The translations under genes were made by a program, and so were the position numbers. From Schmidtea polychroa (lineage: Eukaryota), in assembly GCA_044892525.1 (NCBI GenBank), contig CM097885.1, forward strand, positions 21,888,001-21,952,000: 64,000 bases of DNA, given 5' to 3'. Shown here one piece after another: positions 13,501 to 26,634 of the stretch. Each line of letters begins with the position of its first letter. The first letter of the stretch is position 1. The notes below the pieces were generated by a model, which had not been told where the DNA came from, made no database searches, and saw nothing but the letters and a program-made list of their open reading frames with translations.

Positions 13501-16500
13501 ATCAATGGTGAAAAGTATCAAATGTATTGAAACAACAACTGTGGTCTTTGATAACAAAGTTAATAAACAAGAAATTGGATTACAGAATTATGACCATGGC
13601 TGATAAAGATGCGCAAAGCTAGAAATCAATTGCCGATAACATTTATAAATTACCTAATCTAAAACAAGATCAAAATGAGTATTTCAAAAAGTTTGAATTG
13701 AGAATAAAAAAGTTGCTAGATGAGATTTTAGATTGTGAAATTTAAAGGGGAAATTGTGGGATCTATCGTATTGAATTGCGTTTACAAAGATCGATTAAGA
13801 GAAAAATTGTTTTGGAAATCAGGTTCGTTAAGAGAATAGGTAAGATTATTGATTTAGAGATTGCAATTTGTTAAACTATAATGAGCGGAGAAATGAAAGA
13901 AAGTTTGTTGTATGCACGATGAAGATCAAGACTGTTCAGAAATGTCAATGAAACCAATGAGTCATGAAATTGATAATTTTAAAAAAATCATGTTACATAC
14001 ATTTTGTCAGTTTTGTCGGGCCGAGACAATAACTGATGATAAAAAATGAAATGTTGTTCAAAAGATGCAATGTGTATGAGGTGAAACCCTAGCAAACTAA
14101 GAATTGACAAAGTAGTTATGGAGATGTCATTGGACAATGGAGTATCCATTTGTTTAATTAGCGAGCGTAACTTTTTTTCAATTTTCACCACTGATTTCTT
14201 TTCAATTGACATTGTATTTATTAAAAAGCTTGACTATGAATCAGTAAATATATCGATGTTTTTGATATTCACGAATTTTCGGCACTGCCTATTTCAAGTG
14301 AATCCAATTCTTGTCAATTAGATTTTGTCCCTGCTATTGCTTTCTTTACTCACATAAAGTTCTAGTTAATGGTAATGTTTAAATGTTGTGTCAAAAAAAT
14401 TACATAGTAAAATCAAGATCGAAGTAGCAAATGTATGAACATGTCATCCGATGAAATCGCATAATTTTTAAATTACTCAAATTTTAGCTTGTTCACAAAA
14501 ATCTCCGGCTGTGTCAATAAACAGTAAATTGATAGAAATTTCCTGATCCCAACCCAATTTTATTAATCGGTTTTTTCAAATTACTTTCTTTAATTAATTT
14601 AATTTCTTTCAAAATTCTATTCAACTGAATACCTATGTGCTCCCTTTGTGTGTATGCTTATCTTGTCTTTTAATATGATAAAATGTTTAATTTTATGTAA
14701 ATTTTAAGGCTTGGATTTTTTATCCATTAAGGTATGAGATCATTATTCAAGTTCTTAAATATTACTTTTAGTCGACATTTGTGTTATAGATTATTTTTAA
14801 TTAATTTTCAGGTTTTTAGGAATTTTAAGAAATTTATTTTATAATTATTTTGGAATTATTTCGATATAATGTAAGTCAGATCAATTTTTAATTATAATTA
14901 AATAATTAAATCAATCACCAAAAATTTATTTTTCTAAAACATTTTTAAAACAAATATCAGAAATTCTAATAAATATTTAATTTAATTTTAGCTCAAAAAT
15001 AATTCTTTCGATGATATTTCTTCATTTTCATGACAATTTAATGTAGTTTCTTTAAAAATACATTTAAAAACATTTTCGGCGATCTTTTTTTCTCAAAATT
15101 GTCTAAAATAAATTTATTATAGAAACGTATCTCAGCGGCGCATTTCTTAAAATCGAAAGTTTGCATGTGTATTTTAGTATGTGTTGTGTTATTGTGTGCA
15201 GTATTTAATTTTTCTATCACTTTTTAGATTTCGATAGTGTAAGGCGCATCTCATTGCACTATCAAGTATGAAATCAGAATAAGTATGTATGTTTCTATAA
15301 TTTAAGATTATTGACTTTTTCTTATATTATAAGAAACGTATCTGAGTGGTTTCTGGTGTATGTGTTCCCTTTTGTGTGTATGCTTATAATTATCTTGTTT
15401 TTTAATATGATAATTAATATGATATATGTGTGTGTTGATGATTTTTGTGCTTTATTGTTGTAATCGGTTTTCGATGCTTTTTGTGTTTAGGTGAATGTTA
15501 TTTAATTAATTCGATGTTATTAGAAGATTGCAAATTGATTGAAGGTTTTAGAAGAAATTTATGCAAAAGTATATGAAAAATTGGGACATTGGTGTTTATA
15601 GTGAAGAATTTGTGCTAAAAATTCATGTAGATTATAAAAGGAAAGTGAAAAAGTAAATTTCATCGATTTTCACGTTATAGATGCTTAGAAAGAAACGTAA
15701 CGAATACTGCTGTACTGTTTCAGCTTACTTTCATGATAGTCAGCAGCAACCCAAAATGCTGATTACATTTGAATGATTTCATCAAAACTTATTTAGTATA
15801 TTGAATTTAAAATTTTGTATGAGTTTTACAAAAATTCTACACCACAAATTTGTGCTTGCATCCATGCAACTTTCACCTAAATTTGATATAAAAAAGTCAT
15901 TTGCTAAAGTTAAATGTTTCTGTTTGCTATATGTATAATATTGAAGTTTATAGCTGCTTTTGCTTATAAGGAAATCGATAATTTTTTGTTAAATTATTTT
16001 GAAATCTGTCTTTATATTTATTAACTAGCTTTACTATTCTGTTTCGTTTACTCTTTAGCGGGGGTTGCATGTATTAATTTCATATTCTTCTATATTTCAT
16101 TAAAATCAATGAAATAAAGAGATGCTTGAAAAGGAAAAATTCCGAAACAAAACACAAATTATAATGACTATTAGGCAAATATCCAAATCAATAAGTTAAA
16201 TTTAATTAACATAATATATAATAACAAATTCAGATTTAAAATGAATTAATTAAATTATGCATTTTTCGATAGAAAAATCAATTTTCAGATAATATGGAAT
16301 TAAAAATGTAATATCGATTAAACTAAAGTTATTGTACAATTTTAATTTTGAACTAATTATGAAATGAATTCATGGATAGAGTCTTAGTAAAATATCAATT
16401 AAATCAATATATATTCCAAAATCAATACGTCATTATTTTTTATATTTAATTTAACTAGAAAATATTTACCCAATTTTTTGATGTCACTTAATTAATTAAA

Positions 16501-18571
16501 ATAAATATAAAAAAAATATTTCAAAAATTAATATTAAAATTTAAAATAGGTATTTCTGATTTTAGGATTTTGGCGAGAATTTTGAGTTATTATCATTTAA
16601 AAAAAAATAATTTTTATATGAATAAAAAATGTTTTTATTTTCAAAAAATAGAAAATTTTATAAAATAAATTTTAAGTAAAATTTTAAAAATTATAAAAAT
16701 ATTTTTAAATATTTAAATTACATAAATCTGTTCTGTAATTAATTAATTAGTTTATTTAATAAAATATTTAGATAACAATAATTTCCAATTAATTAAAATA
16801 ATTTTTTTAAAAATAAATTGATAATTTTAATTTAACTTTTAAAATAATATTAAAAATAAATAAATATTTTTCAAATTATATTTTTGATCTGATAAATGCA
16901 AATTAATAATTAATTAAAATAAATATATAATTTTAATTTTATTGCAATTCTTTATAAAATACTTTGAAAATAAAATAAATAATAAATAATAAAAAAATTA
17001 ATTTAATTTAATTAAAACATTTGATATTATAAAACAATTTTAATTTACAAATTAGTTTTGTTAAAAATAATTTTCAAAATAAAAACCAAGCGGAAACGAC
17101 AAATATTATAAATATATTTATTTTTATAAATTATTTAAATATATTAATTTTTCATTTATAGTAATTATATAATTTTAAAATATCAAAATTAAACATTAAA
17201 TAAAATCAACAGATATTATTAATTTTTATATTAAAAAATATGAAATTTTTTTAAAATAAAATTTAAGTAAAATTTTAAAAATTATAAAAATATTTTTAAA
17301 TATTCAAATTACATCAATTTATTTGTTTAATAAAATATTTCGATAACAAAAATTTACAATTATTGAATATAATTTTTTAAAAATAAATTGATTTTAAATA
17401 TTAAATTTTTTAATTATAATAAATATATAATTTTAATTTTATTGCAATTCTTTATAAAATATTTTTCATTTTGGTAAAATATTTTAAAAATATCAAAATT
17501 AAATATTAAATAAAATCAAATAATATTAATTAAAAAATATTTTTTATTGAATTATTTTCCAACTAATATTTTATTAGCATTTTAAAATAAAAATTTTATA
17601 TTTAAAATAATTTATAAATATAAAAATTAAAAATCCGTTAATTTATATTTTTAATATTTCTAAAAACTTGTTTAAATTATTTTAAAATAATTTTAAAAAA
17701 TATTATCATAATATTAATTATAAAATTATTTATTTTTTTAAATTAAAAATATTAATAATTAATATTTTAATTTTTTTTCATATTTAATTTGTAAAATAAA
17801 TTTAAAAAATTAAATTCAAGAAATATAAATCTTACATGCTTGTTTATCCAAGATCAATCTAGAAGTGAAATCATTCTGGAGGCAATCTATAGAATCATTT
17901 TCCATTATTTCAAATGGATTATTTAATTGACTGTCTTCAACATCACTACCTAATGAATTTGTTGTTTCCTTAATATCGCATTTTTTCACTTTAATCGGTA
18001 ATTCGATTTCTTTGATTGGAATAGCATAATTCATTAAATTAGCCTTGACTCTAATAACACTATAAAAGTGTATATATTTACTTTTATATGTAGATACAGC
18101 TTCATTTGGAATGGAAATTTTATCTGAAACTTTATTGATGATTGTGATAATAATAAATGATCCATTTAATTAATACTTTCATAATCATCTTTGGCACACA
18201 AAACTTTATTTTCAAACAGTAACTGTTCCGTTTTCAACATTAAAAAATTATCATTTTCGTATTTATTTTCTTTACTATACCCGTTAAAAAGTTTATTGTA
18301 TTTTGATAATATTTTCTCTGTGTCATTTTTTTTATGAAATCTTTTTAGATGTAATAAATTTATTGAGCAATGGCATTCGTAAAAAATTATGACATCTTTC
18401 AAAAATATGTTTCTACATTTGAATAACATAATTAAATTTTAATTTTTACAGCAATAATTACTCTAGAGTTTGATTTATAAATTTAATATCGATTGTAATT
18501 TTACGACCAGAATAAAAATTAGTGTTTTCAGGCAAACTGACTTTTATTTCAAAACATTCATTTGCGGTCAT
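8499..18571 (-). CDS. RGP1: RGP1 homolog (Ric1-Rgp1 RAB6 GEF complex subunit), spliced
   Basis: Exons 18571-18462, 18412-18177, 18129-17836, 8964-8770, 8722-8499 join in frame via GT-AG introns (49, 47, 8871, 47 nt). The protein [33 protein letters not shown]...[16 protein letters not shown]...NNPFE...[13 protein letters not shown]...[12 protein letters not shown]...HECMC...[26 protein letters not shown] follows recalled RGP1 blocks in order. The 3' end is uncertain (GT at 8504 may lead to another exon). Confidence 0.82.
9880..10440. repeat. ~200-bp tandem repeat (2-3 copies), probable non-autonomous DNA-TE fragment
   Basis: ATGAGCCCGC..GGGACAAA...TTTTAAAGCTCAGTGCCAGACCTTTC repeated. Confidence 0.7.
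10445..10530. repeat. (TTA)n microsatellite
   Basis: Directly visible. Confidence 0.95.
12669..12761. mobile_element. 93-bp hAT-type MITE
   Basis: Perfect 17-bp TIR CAGGGCTTTTCAAACTT; 8-bp TSD CTCTAGGA at 12661-12668 and 12762-12769. Confidence 0.93.
13622..13830 (+). pseudogene. Gypsy gag remnant related to the element at 45789
   Basis: [36 protein letters not shown] aligns with KSMTDKIRELAAMEQEDDERFAAFEIRLRKALAEVV of ORF 46073-46612. Confidence 0.6.
16640..17520. repeat. Extremely AT-rich ~600-bp-period duplication inside RGP1 intron 3
   Basis: AAGTAAAATTTTAAAAATTATAAAAATATTTTTAAATATT and TTTATTGCAATTCTTTATAAAATA each occur twice (~16675/17265 and ~16938/17438). Confidence 0.7.
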
Positions 18572-18869
18572 TTAACTTAAAATGTTAAAATAAAAATCAG
18601 GTGTAAAAAATCGCAGTATAAATATTTAAATTTTAAAAAATTTGAAAATTTAATTTCTTTATACGTTAATTTATGATAATATGCATTATTTAAACACAAA
18701 ATTGAATATTAAATTATAAATGTAGTTGAATAAAATTTGTAATTAAAAATAAGTTGTAGAAAATATAAATTTAAGAAATTATTAAAAATAAATAAACTTT
18801 TGAAATTAAATATTTTGTTAATATTTTAATAAACAAAATACTTAAAATTTCGCTAATGACTTTCAAACT

Positions 18870-19240
18870 GAATTCCAATGCACTAATCGAGGAAATATTA
18901 CACATCAAGCAAGAACAATAAAATTAAGGATGCTTAGAAAAACTATACAACAACCACACAGGATTAAATTAAAAGATATAACCAGATAAAAATAGGAAAG
19001 TAAACACTACAATGAGAATCAGTAAACAAATATATTTTATCTGGTATGACACAACGAATGTCAAGCACAAACATGGTACTAGATATACTACAAGGGTATA
19101 AATTTTCAAAATAATCACTTTCTAACTTTTTTTCATATATTCTCATAACACATTCAACCAGTATGCAAATATTTTTGAAGTCATATTGTTCCTGTGCTGC
19201 TTGTCGGTGCCCTTCAACACACAATGAATCATATCACATC
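18870..19240 (-). pseudogene. Degraded multi-pass membrane protein fragment, possibly rhodopsin-family GPCR TM5-7
   Basis: One frame with stops reads KIYTLVVYLVPCLCLTF...ICLLILIVVFTFLFL..P. Confidence 0.25.
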
Positions 19241-22200
19241 AATTTATGATGTCTTCACGAGCGTTTGGTTTATGTACTTACCAAAGGAGATATCGCACCT
19301 ATAGAGTATTTGTATTGTCCAAGAAATTTTGTTAGACTCTCTATATTCGAAAAATTGCTTAGAAAAATATCGAGAATAAGATAGAATAATTAACCCTTTA
19401 TAATAGAATAACCAAAATTCGAATTTTCTTGAGCTCAGTTTTCTCAGACGTCCTGTCCCGATATCCAAACAAAGAGGTTGAGGTGCGCACTTCAGTTTCC
19501 TGAAACTATGAAGAGCCTAAGCGGAAGCGCGGATCATCGAGGAGCTTGGAAAAGAACTGTCTTCGTCAATAAAATTTCGATTATGAGATCTCGTAGTGTT
19601 TAATTTTAATAAAAAGTATTATTATAAAACATCTTGTGTTGAATTACAAATTTAGTTGAATGTATGTTGATTGTATGAAGAAGCTGTTAGAATGATTGCA
19701 AAGAATAGCTGACGGGACAATTAAGTAACAATGTAATGCAGAACAACAGAAGCAGGAGCAAACCAAATATTTTAATTTTTATCTTTATATTTATCTCTCG
19801 AAAGTTAGTACAACTGTCATGGATTCATTATAATTATACTTCAGTGTTACAATTGGTAGAAAACATTTGGATGTAATGCAAAGCTATCCTATAACTGGTC
19901 GATACATTGCGAATTCGCGTTGAAAAACTCAAAGGACGGACGTACGGACTAGAGGGTGAATGGTTCCGTGCCTAACCCATACAGAAACGAAATAAACAAA
20001 TTAATTACTTGCAAACACAAGAGGTTAAATACCAATCCACGCGTTAAAGATCAGGGTTTGTGGATCAGGCCGTTGTGGATCACTATCTCATCAACCAATT
20101 ACAGTCTATGACAGTATGGGCTGCAGTAGTAGCAAATCGAATGGTCCAATAATGAAGCGTAGCCGAATGGGAAAACTAGAGCGTGTTCGATGGCATGCTT
20201 GTAAAGAAACGTATATTGCTGGATTTTTGAGTAAAGGTTTTGAACTCCACAGTGGTAAGTGAAATGTGCATGTAGTTAATGTAATAAAAAATAGTGCCGG
20301 CCTGGATTGGACAATAATCAATAAACATGGAACATAAATGTAAGTCGGACACATGCCATCCAATGGTAGTCAGTGAAGCCGCTCGAATGATTGCCGATTA
20401 TAGTTTACAAAAGTACGCTCACTTTCGCGAGCATTCACCCATTCGATACATTTTCAACGTTGATCACTCAATTGCTATCGAGTGGTGAAGCTACCTTGTA
20501 TTCTGGGTTACGCTGGAAACAGCACGAATATGTAATTAATTTTAGTTAACTAAGTACTAACTGCGCCAAGGAAATTATCACTTTATCTAATCAGCGTAAG
20601 TTTTAGATATGGAAATTATTAAGAGATTAGTAGACACCCTTAGACAATATTCGTTAATGTACATTCTATCGGTACTCTGAACCCAAGAAATGTGTAATTT
20701 AACTGGCCTAGCTGGTTCACAAGTTCTTTTAAAGACTCCTATCCAAGCTTGATGGTACCAACATCACATGAGAATGGTGCAGTTTGATAAAAAGAATTTT
20801 GATTGAGAATTGACCGCAACAATAATCCCGGCATAGAAACGAACTGGTAGTCATAGTAATTTTTAAAAACTTCCTATAATTTTATATTACTATTGTATAT
20901 AACTGTTGTGTTGCTAGAGAAGTTTCGAGGTTATTACTATTGGTAGTTACGTTTGTTTAAGTATTTTAGTTTATGTATGAGGATAGGAAGAGATTCTGTT
21001 AGAATCCAGTCGAATCTCCTGTAAAACTTGTCTCGGGACAGTTGGGGTACTGATATGTTGATAGAATTGGCTTTAGACAAAATATTAATATGAAATCAAC
21101 CAAAATATAACCAACAAATTATTCTTTAAAAATGTTTTTTCAATAACGGCATAATTAAGGACCTTTTGTATTCTTGGTAATTGTTGGGCTAGAACTGATT
21201 TCCAGACCCAAAACCATACTTTGTGACCAAAAAGTGTAGGTACATAACATGCAAAAAGCAAAAAGTATAGTTAAATATTAAAAATACACCAAATAAACAA
21301 TATTAATTAAAGGAGAAAACAACAAAAACGTAAACACAGAAATTAAATAAAATTATACCAAAAGCAAGAAGTTATGCAAAATCGAACTCAAAAAATAACC
21401 AAATAAGCATAAAGTACAAAAAACAGACTCGAATAACTTAAAAGCCGGTAAAAAAAGTAAAGGATTCCAGAAAAACCCAGAACATTCCATAAAAATGGCG
21501 ATGACCATCACAAAAGCCATCCAGAACAATAAAAGTTAGAAAAAATAAATAATTAGTAATAAAAATAAAACATCTTAAAAAGAAATTCAGAAAACATCAG
21601 TTAAAATAAAAAGTAAATTAAAAGTAATATGGAATGTTCTGGAACCGTTCCAAATCCATCATGGACGTAAAAATAACAAGAAATAACTAAAAAATAAAAA
21701 TTTAAAAATAGAAACAAAAATTATGGCACTAAAATTGTCATTAAAAATATCAAAATTACAAAATAGAAAATTCTGGAATAAAAAGAATTCGAGTTTGTTT
21801 TAATGCATCAATACATACACGTGTACAAAATACCGACACATTTCAGTAACAATTTAATCACTTTATGCCAATTTTTGTTGAAGAATCCAAAGTAAACAGT
21901 GAGTATTAGTACTTTATTTTTTTTGTGTATTGTTTATCAATTGATAATATTAATTATGTCGATACTAAAGTTGTTTTATTTTTTTTTCTAATTCTCAAGC
22001 GATGTATGAATGATCAGCGGCGTACCGGAGTGCCTACGCCCCTGGTCAGTCCTGCATCCAATTAACTTAAATTCGTATAATATGACATGCAGGCACGCAT
22101 TATCATTATTATGGTTTTTTTTTGTTCGGTCATCAGAGGTCGTCCACTTCATGGTTCTGCCATGGAGTTGTGTCGATAAAACCCCTCCGCTATGGCTCCA

Positions 22201-23619
22201 ACTATTTATTATCGGTCGAAAACGATATGTTTCGACTCTACATAACAGTAGAGCTTGTCGTAGCGGTCACAGTGGGGCCGTGTAAGCAAGCACTCTTCCC
22301 GACCTTGAATGCAGTACACAATTAAAATCAACACTAAAAATTTCATACACTACTTCACACTAGGATCATAATTGAGTAGATCTCAGACCTAACTAAACAC
22401 AATATTACAATTCGGTAATGTAGTCGGCTGGACATCATTAAGGAACTCAGCTATATCTACACGTTGGTCGAACCTCATTGAGAAATATATTTTTCGTATC
22501 AGCGTAAATATCTTTCTCGGAATTAACCGTAATAATGCTCATAAAGAAGTTCGACAAGCGTGAATCATAAAATTAATTATAAACTCCTTAAAGGCCAAAT
22601 TATGCCCATACATCATGGTTAATATGTAGTCTGCAAATCCCCTAAGTAAATCATAAAGTAGAGGTTCATATAGTAGAATATAAATTTCATCTGAAAGCAA
22701 TAGCTCATGAATGCCTAATGTTAGTAAATTATGGAATACAACCTCATATTACACTTAAATATCAATCTATAAAGGTATAATATGCCTGAACTATAAAATA
22801 TAATTTTGAATTACCCTTAAAAATATGATCTCTAAGTGTATAATATTCTTAATTTATAAAATATAATTTTATATTATATAATTGCTAAATACATAGTATT
22901 CCTAAATGGTAAAATATAACTTAATACTGTACTTAAGAATCTAACTTATAAATATGTAATATCTTTAAGTTATAAAAAATAACTTAAAAATGTAATTCGT
23001 AAATATGTAATATCTCTAAATTATAAAATATACCTTTATATTCTACTTAAAAATATGATTTATAAATGTGTAACATTCTTAAAGTATAAAAATAATTTTT
23101 TATGGTACTTAAAAATATAATTTATAAATATTAGATTATAAAATATAACTTAATGTTGTACTTAAAAATATGATTTATAAATATGTAATATTCCTAAATT
23201 ATAAGATGGTATTATTTATGACTCGTAAATCTTACCTTGAAATTATCAGTAGCAAACTAAAATATAAATTCATACTACGTATAAATTACAAAATATATCT
23301 TAGTATTTTCTGTAAAAAATATAAAGTCGCACTACTCATAAAGTATAAATTACATTCTAGAACTATACATAAAAATATAAACTATAAGTTTATATTGCCC
23401 ATAAATTATAGAATGTAACGTATGCATAAGATGTAAATTACCAGCTATAAAGTATAATTTTGGTTATAAACTATAATTTCGATATCCATAAATACAAATT
23501 ATAAATTCCAAAGAATATAAACTATAACTAGTTATATATAGCTTATGAGCCCGTAAAGTATGAATTGCTAGTCTGAAGTATGGATTATGGAATAATTATA
23601 TAAAGTAAATTATTTTTAT

Positions 23620-23940
23620 AAAAGTATAATCTAATTATATATCTAAATTATAAACTTATAAAACCCAATTGTAAATCTAAATTACAAATTATAAACTTAA
23701 ATTATATATATGAAGTATAAACCGTAAATTATTTTTACCAAAGTATAATCTAATTATATATCTAAATTATAAACTTATAAAACACAATTGTAAATCTAAA
23801 TTACAAATTATAAACCTAAATCATATATGTGAAGTATAAACCGTAAATTATTTTTATAAAAGTATAATCTAATTATATATCTAAATTATAAACTTATAAA
23901 ACACAACTATGAATCTAAATTACAAATTATAAACTTATTA
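23620..23940. repeat. ~119-bp tandem repeat (~2.7 copies)
   Basis: AAGTATAATCTAATTATATATCTAAATTATAAACTTATAAAAC at ~23622, ~23741, ~23860; preceded by degenerate ~60-65 bp repeats at 22790-23200. Confidence 0.88.
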
Positions 23941-24605
23941 ATTCTAAATCAGTAGTAGTTAATAAAATACAAACCATAAACTCATTGTCATGAAAATATA
24001 AATTGCAGACTTATATATCTAAAACCTAAAATGAGAATTCTCATGAACGACCCCCCCTTTTTCTTTTGGGTAACCTGAAAAAAAAATACAAACTTATATT
24101 GGTTAATATGATTATCATTATCAAATTTGTTGTTATTGTTATTATTATTATTGTTATTTCTGTTAGCATTATTATTATTACCTTGATTCCATTTTAGTAT
24201 TATTAAAATATTATATTTATTTTATCCATCGAGAATTATCAAACAAATTATAGATTTAGGATTCACCGTATTGTCAAATCTAAAATTAGCATACTTTAAT
24301 CCAATGAAAACTATCAAAATTACCAAACTCTATTTTTAGTAACGACCCCCCCAGTAAACGATATCAATAACAATAATTGAAACCAAAATTTCATATAGGT
24401 ATGTGGGGGTAGGTATATATAAATATATGAATTAAGCTGTCCCCGAAAGACCCCAAATTATGCAATAACCATGACAAAGTGCAATACCTGATTGAAGCTA
24501 TAAAACCAATTTATTTTCAATCGAATCAAAAGAAAAATTTAATTGTTAAAATTTATTTATACCAAAATTTTCATTGAATCACATTTATACCAAAGTCCTT
24601 CGAAC

Positions 24606-24857
24606 TTAGTTGATGTCCTGAAGTTGGAGAGCTTTTGCGAAATTCTTTATTTTCTGTTTCAGCTTTCCTCGCCTTGAATAGACTAGTCCATAAGTGACAA
24701 TTTGTCCCAGCTCAGTGGCTGGCATATTATTTGGAAGTGTTGATGTTGAAGGGCCAATGAGATCTCTTACTTCCCTTTTGAAGTAGTCATAGTCAGATAA
24801 ATTATAATGAGCTCCACTTGAAAGATCGGCTGGTGGAACGGACGGTGGAATATTCAA
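24606..24857 (-). CDS. Orphan ORF/exon (83 aa), probably TE-associated
   Basis: ORF track; protein-like composition; no recognised domain; non-ATG start. Confidence 0.25.
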   Translation of the reverse strand: MNIPPSVPPADLSSGAHYNLSDYDYFKREVRDLIGPSTSTLPNNMPATELGQIVTYGLVYSRRGKLKQKIKNFAKALQLQDIN

Positions 24858-25530
24858 TTTTTCCGTGTCTCAACAGATAATTATAAATTCGCTAATATGG
24901 AATAAAAATTGAGATTATGTAGATTGAGGGTTAACATCGCTGAGGAAAACTTTCATTAATGTGTCCAACGCTCCTTGCTCACTCGAATTGCCACAACGTA
25001 TTATTGATCGATTGAAGTTGCTTCGGAAGATTCGGCCGGGTGCTTATAGCACTCAAATCAGATTAAGAGTTGTAGATAATCCCTGAAATATAACGTATCT
25101 ATAAATGTCAAAATTCTCAATTTATCTTACATTACGAAATCCAAATTAAGTAAAAATTATATTGATTTTTTATTTAAAATTTGGTATTCAAAATTAATCA
25201 TAATTACTATGATAAAACACCGTATGATAAATGACTTCTATACAAGGATAAAACAAAGGTAACATTGACTTAAATTATTAGTTTACTGGCTTGGCCTAAT
25301 AATTTTAACATAGTGAATTTCAGAATATTAATTTTATTAGTCGAGGATATTTACAAATTAAATATTAAAGTAAATTAGAATTGTGCACTCGGGTCTAAGA
25401 ATCCGGAGGATGATAGGTCGGGGGTACCAACATGGATTGTTCTTATTTTTCTTAAGCATAGGATCTAGTACGGGCAACGGACGAGTGAAAAATTGATCTA
25501 AGTATAGAATTTAAACCTTGCTTTCATATA

Positions 25531-25932
25531 ATGACCGACAGAACTATATCAGAAATAATAATAGAAATGTCTCACTCTGACGACTCCAGCGATGATGAAG
25601 CCTACAAACAAATGATCACGCGGCTCCGGACCCGGTACATCTGGTACCGGATTCATGACTGGAACCGGGGGCTAGACTTGGACAATTACGGCCCGGTTAT
25701 CCAGAGTGGCCCAGAGTCCGACGCCCCGGCGTGTGTGAAGGCAGAGCCCACTAACAATTTGCTACGAGAGGCCCGCGATCGAGCGGCTATCGAAGTGGAA
25801 GCTGCCCAAATGCGGCTGAAGAAAATCGAGCTTCAGCTCAGGGCCGAAACAGAAGGAGTGACGCTCGAAGAGCTGGAGGATGCATAAGCGCCCCCACGGA
25901 AGCGAGGGAGGCCCCGTAAAAACCCAGCATAA
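25531..25932 (+). CDS. GC-rich orphan ORF with acidic patch and coiled coil; in-frame AT-hook just past the stop at 25885
   Basis: 118-aa ORF with ATG, then TAA, then APPRKRGRPRKNPA*. GC content far above the flanks. Confidence 0.45.
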
Positions 25933-26181
25933 CCCATCGACAATTTTTCTGCAATTATGACTCTAATTGAACATTTGTCTTCTTTAATTGGTGATATTTT
26001 CTTAGTTTTGGGTTGTAGTTCGTGCAATAAATTATTTCTTTTGTCAAATTATTGGCTTTATAGATTATGGTGTATTCTTGTGATTTGGGCGACCTTTTTT
26101 TTTAACATCCAACTAATAATTTACAATGAAATTAAACGAATCGCCTTTATGTATATGGAAGTGAGTCATAGAATTTGATTA

Positions 26182-26634
26182 TTGTCTTCATTCAGTGTTC
26201 AAATTACTCGAAAATCTACGCAAGGACGCGAACAGGCCCAACAACATGCAGAAGACCTCCGAGGCCGAGTCGAGAAATTCAAAGGGAAGTGCCGAGAACT
26301 CGAAGGCACTTGGTTCAGTCCGGCCGAGATGAAGAAACAAACAACACGCAACCCGCAACTCCAGACCCAGGCGGAGCAGGATCAACTCGAAATCCGAGCA
26401 CTGAAGTTACAGATGCGCTCGCTCGAGGCCAAGTTGAACGAAAGGTTCATCCAGAACACCCTCCAAGAGCAGATTCGCCCATTATCCGTGGAGCTGGCTA
26501 AGATATACCCACCGGCAGAGGCAAGCAAGCCGAAACGCAAACGGCTAGGGCGGAATACCCGAGAAAAATTGAAGAGAGCCTGGCTGGCCGAACAGGAAAA
26601 GCTGAAAGAGTCCGAGGCCGCTCCACGATCCTGA
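26182..26634 (+). CDS. GC-rich orphan coiled-coil ORF with basic NLS-like tail (LEGTWFSP family)
   Basis: 150-codon open frame; motif shared with 33480-33875; KPKRKRLGRNTREKLKR. Confidence 0.45.
   Translation: MSSFSVQITRKSTQGREQAQQHAEDLRGRVEKFKGKCRELEGTWFSPAEMKKQTTRNPQLQTQAEQDQLEIRALKLQMRSLEAKLNERFIQNTLQEQIRPLSVELAKIYPPAEASKPKRKRLGRNTREKLKRAWLAEQEKLKESEAAPRS

Noticed and set aside
13440..13560. Possible Tc1 transposase fragment (INGEKY...LKQQL)
   Set aside because: Short and frameshifted, with no supporting termini.
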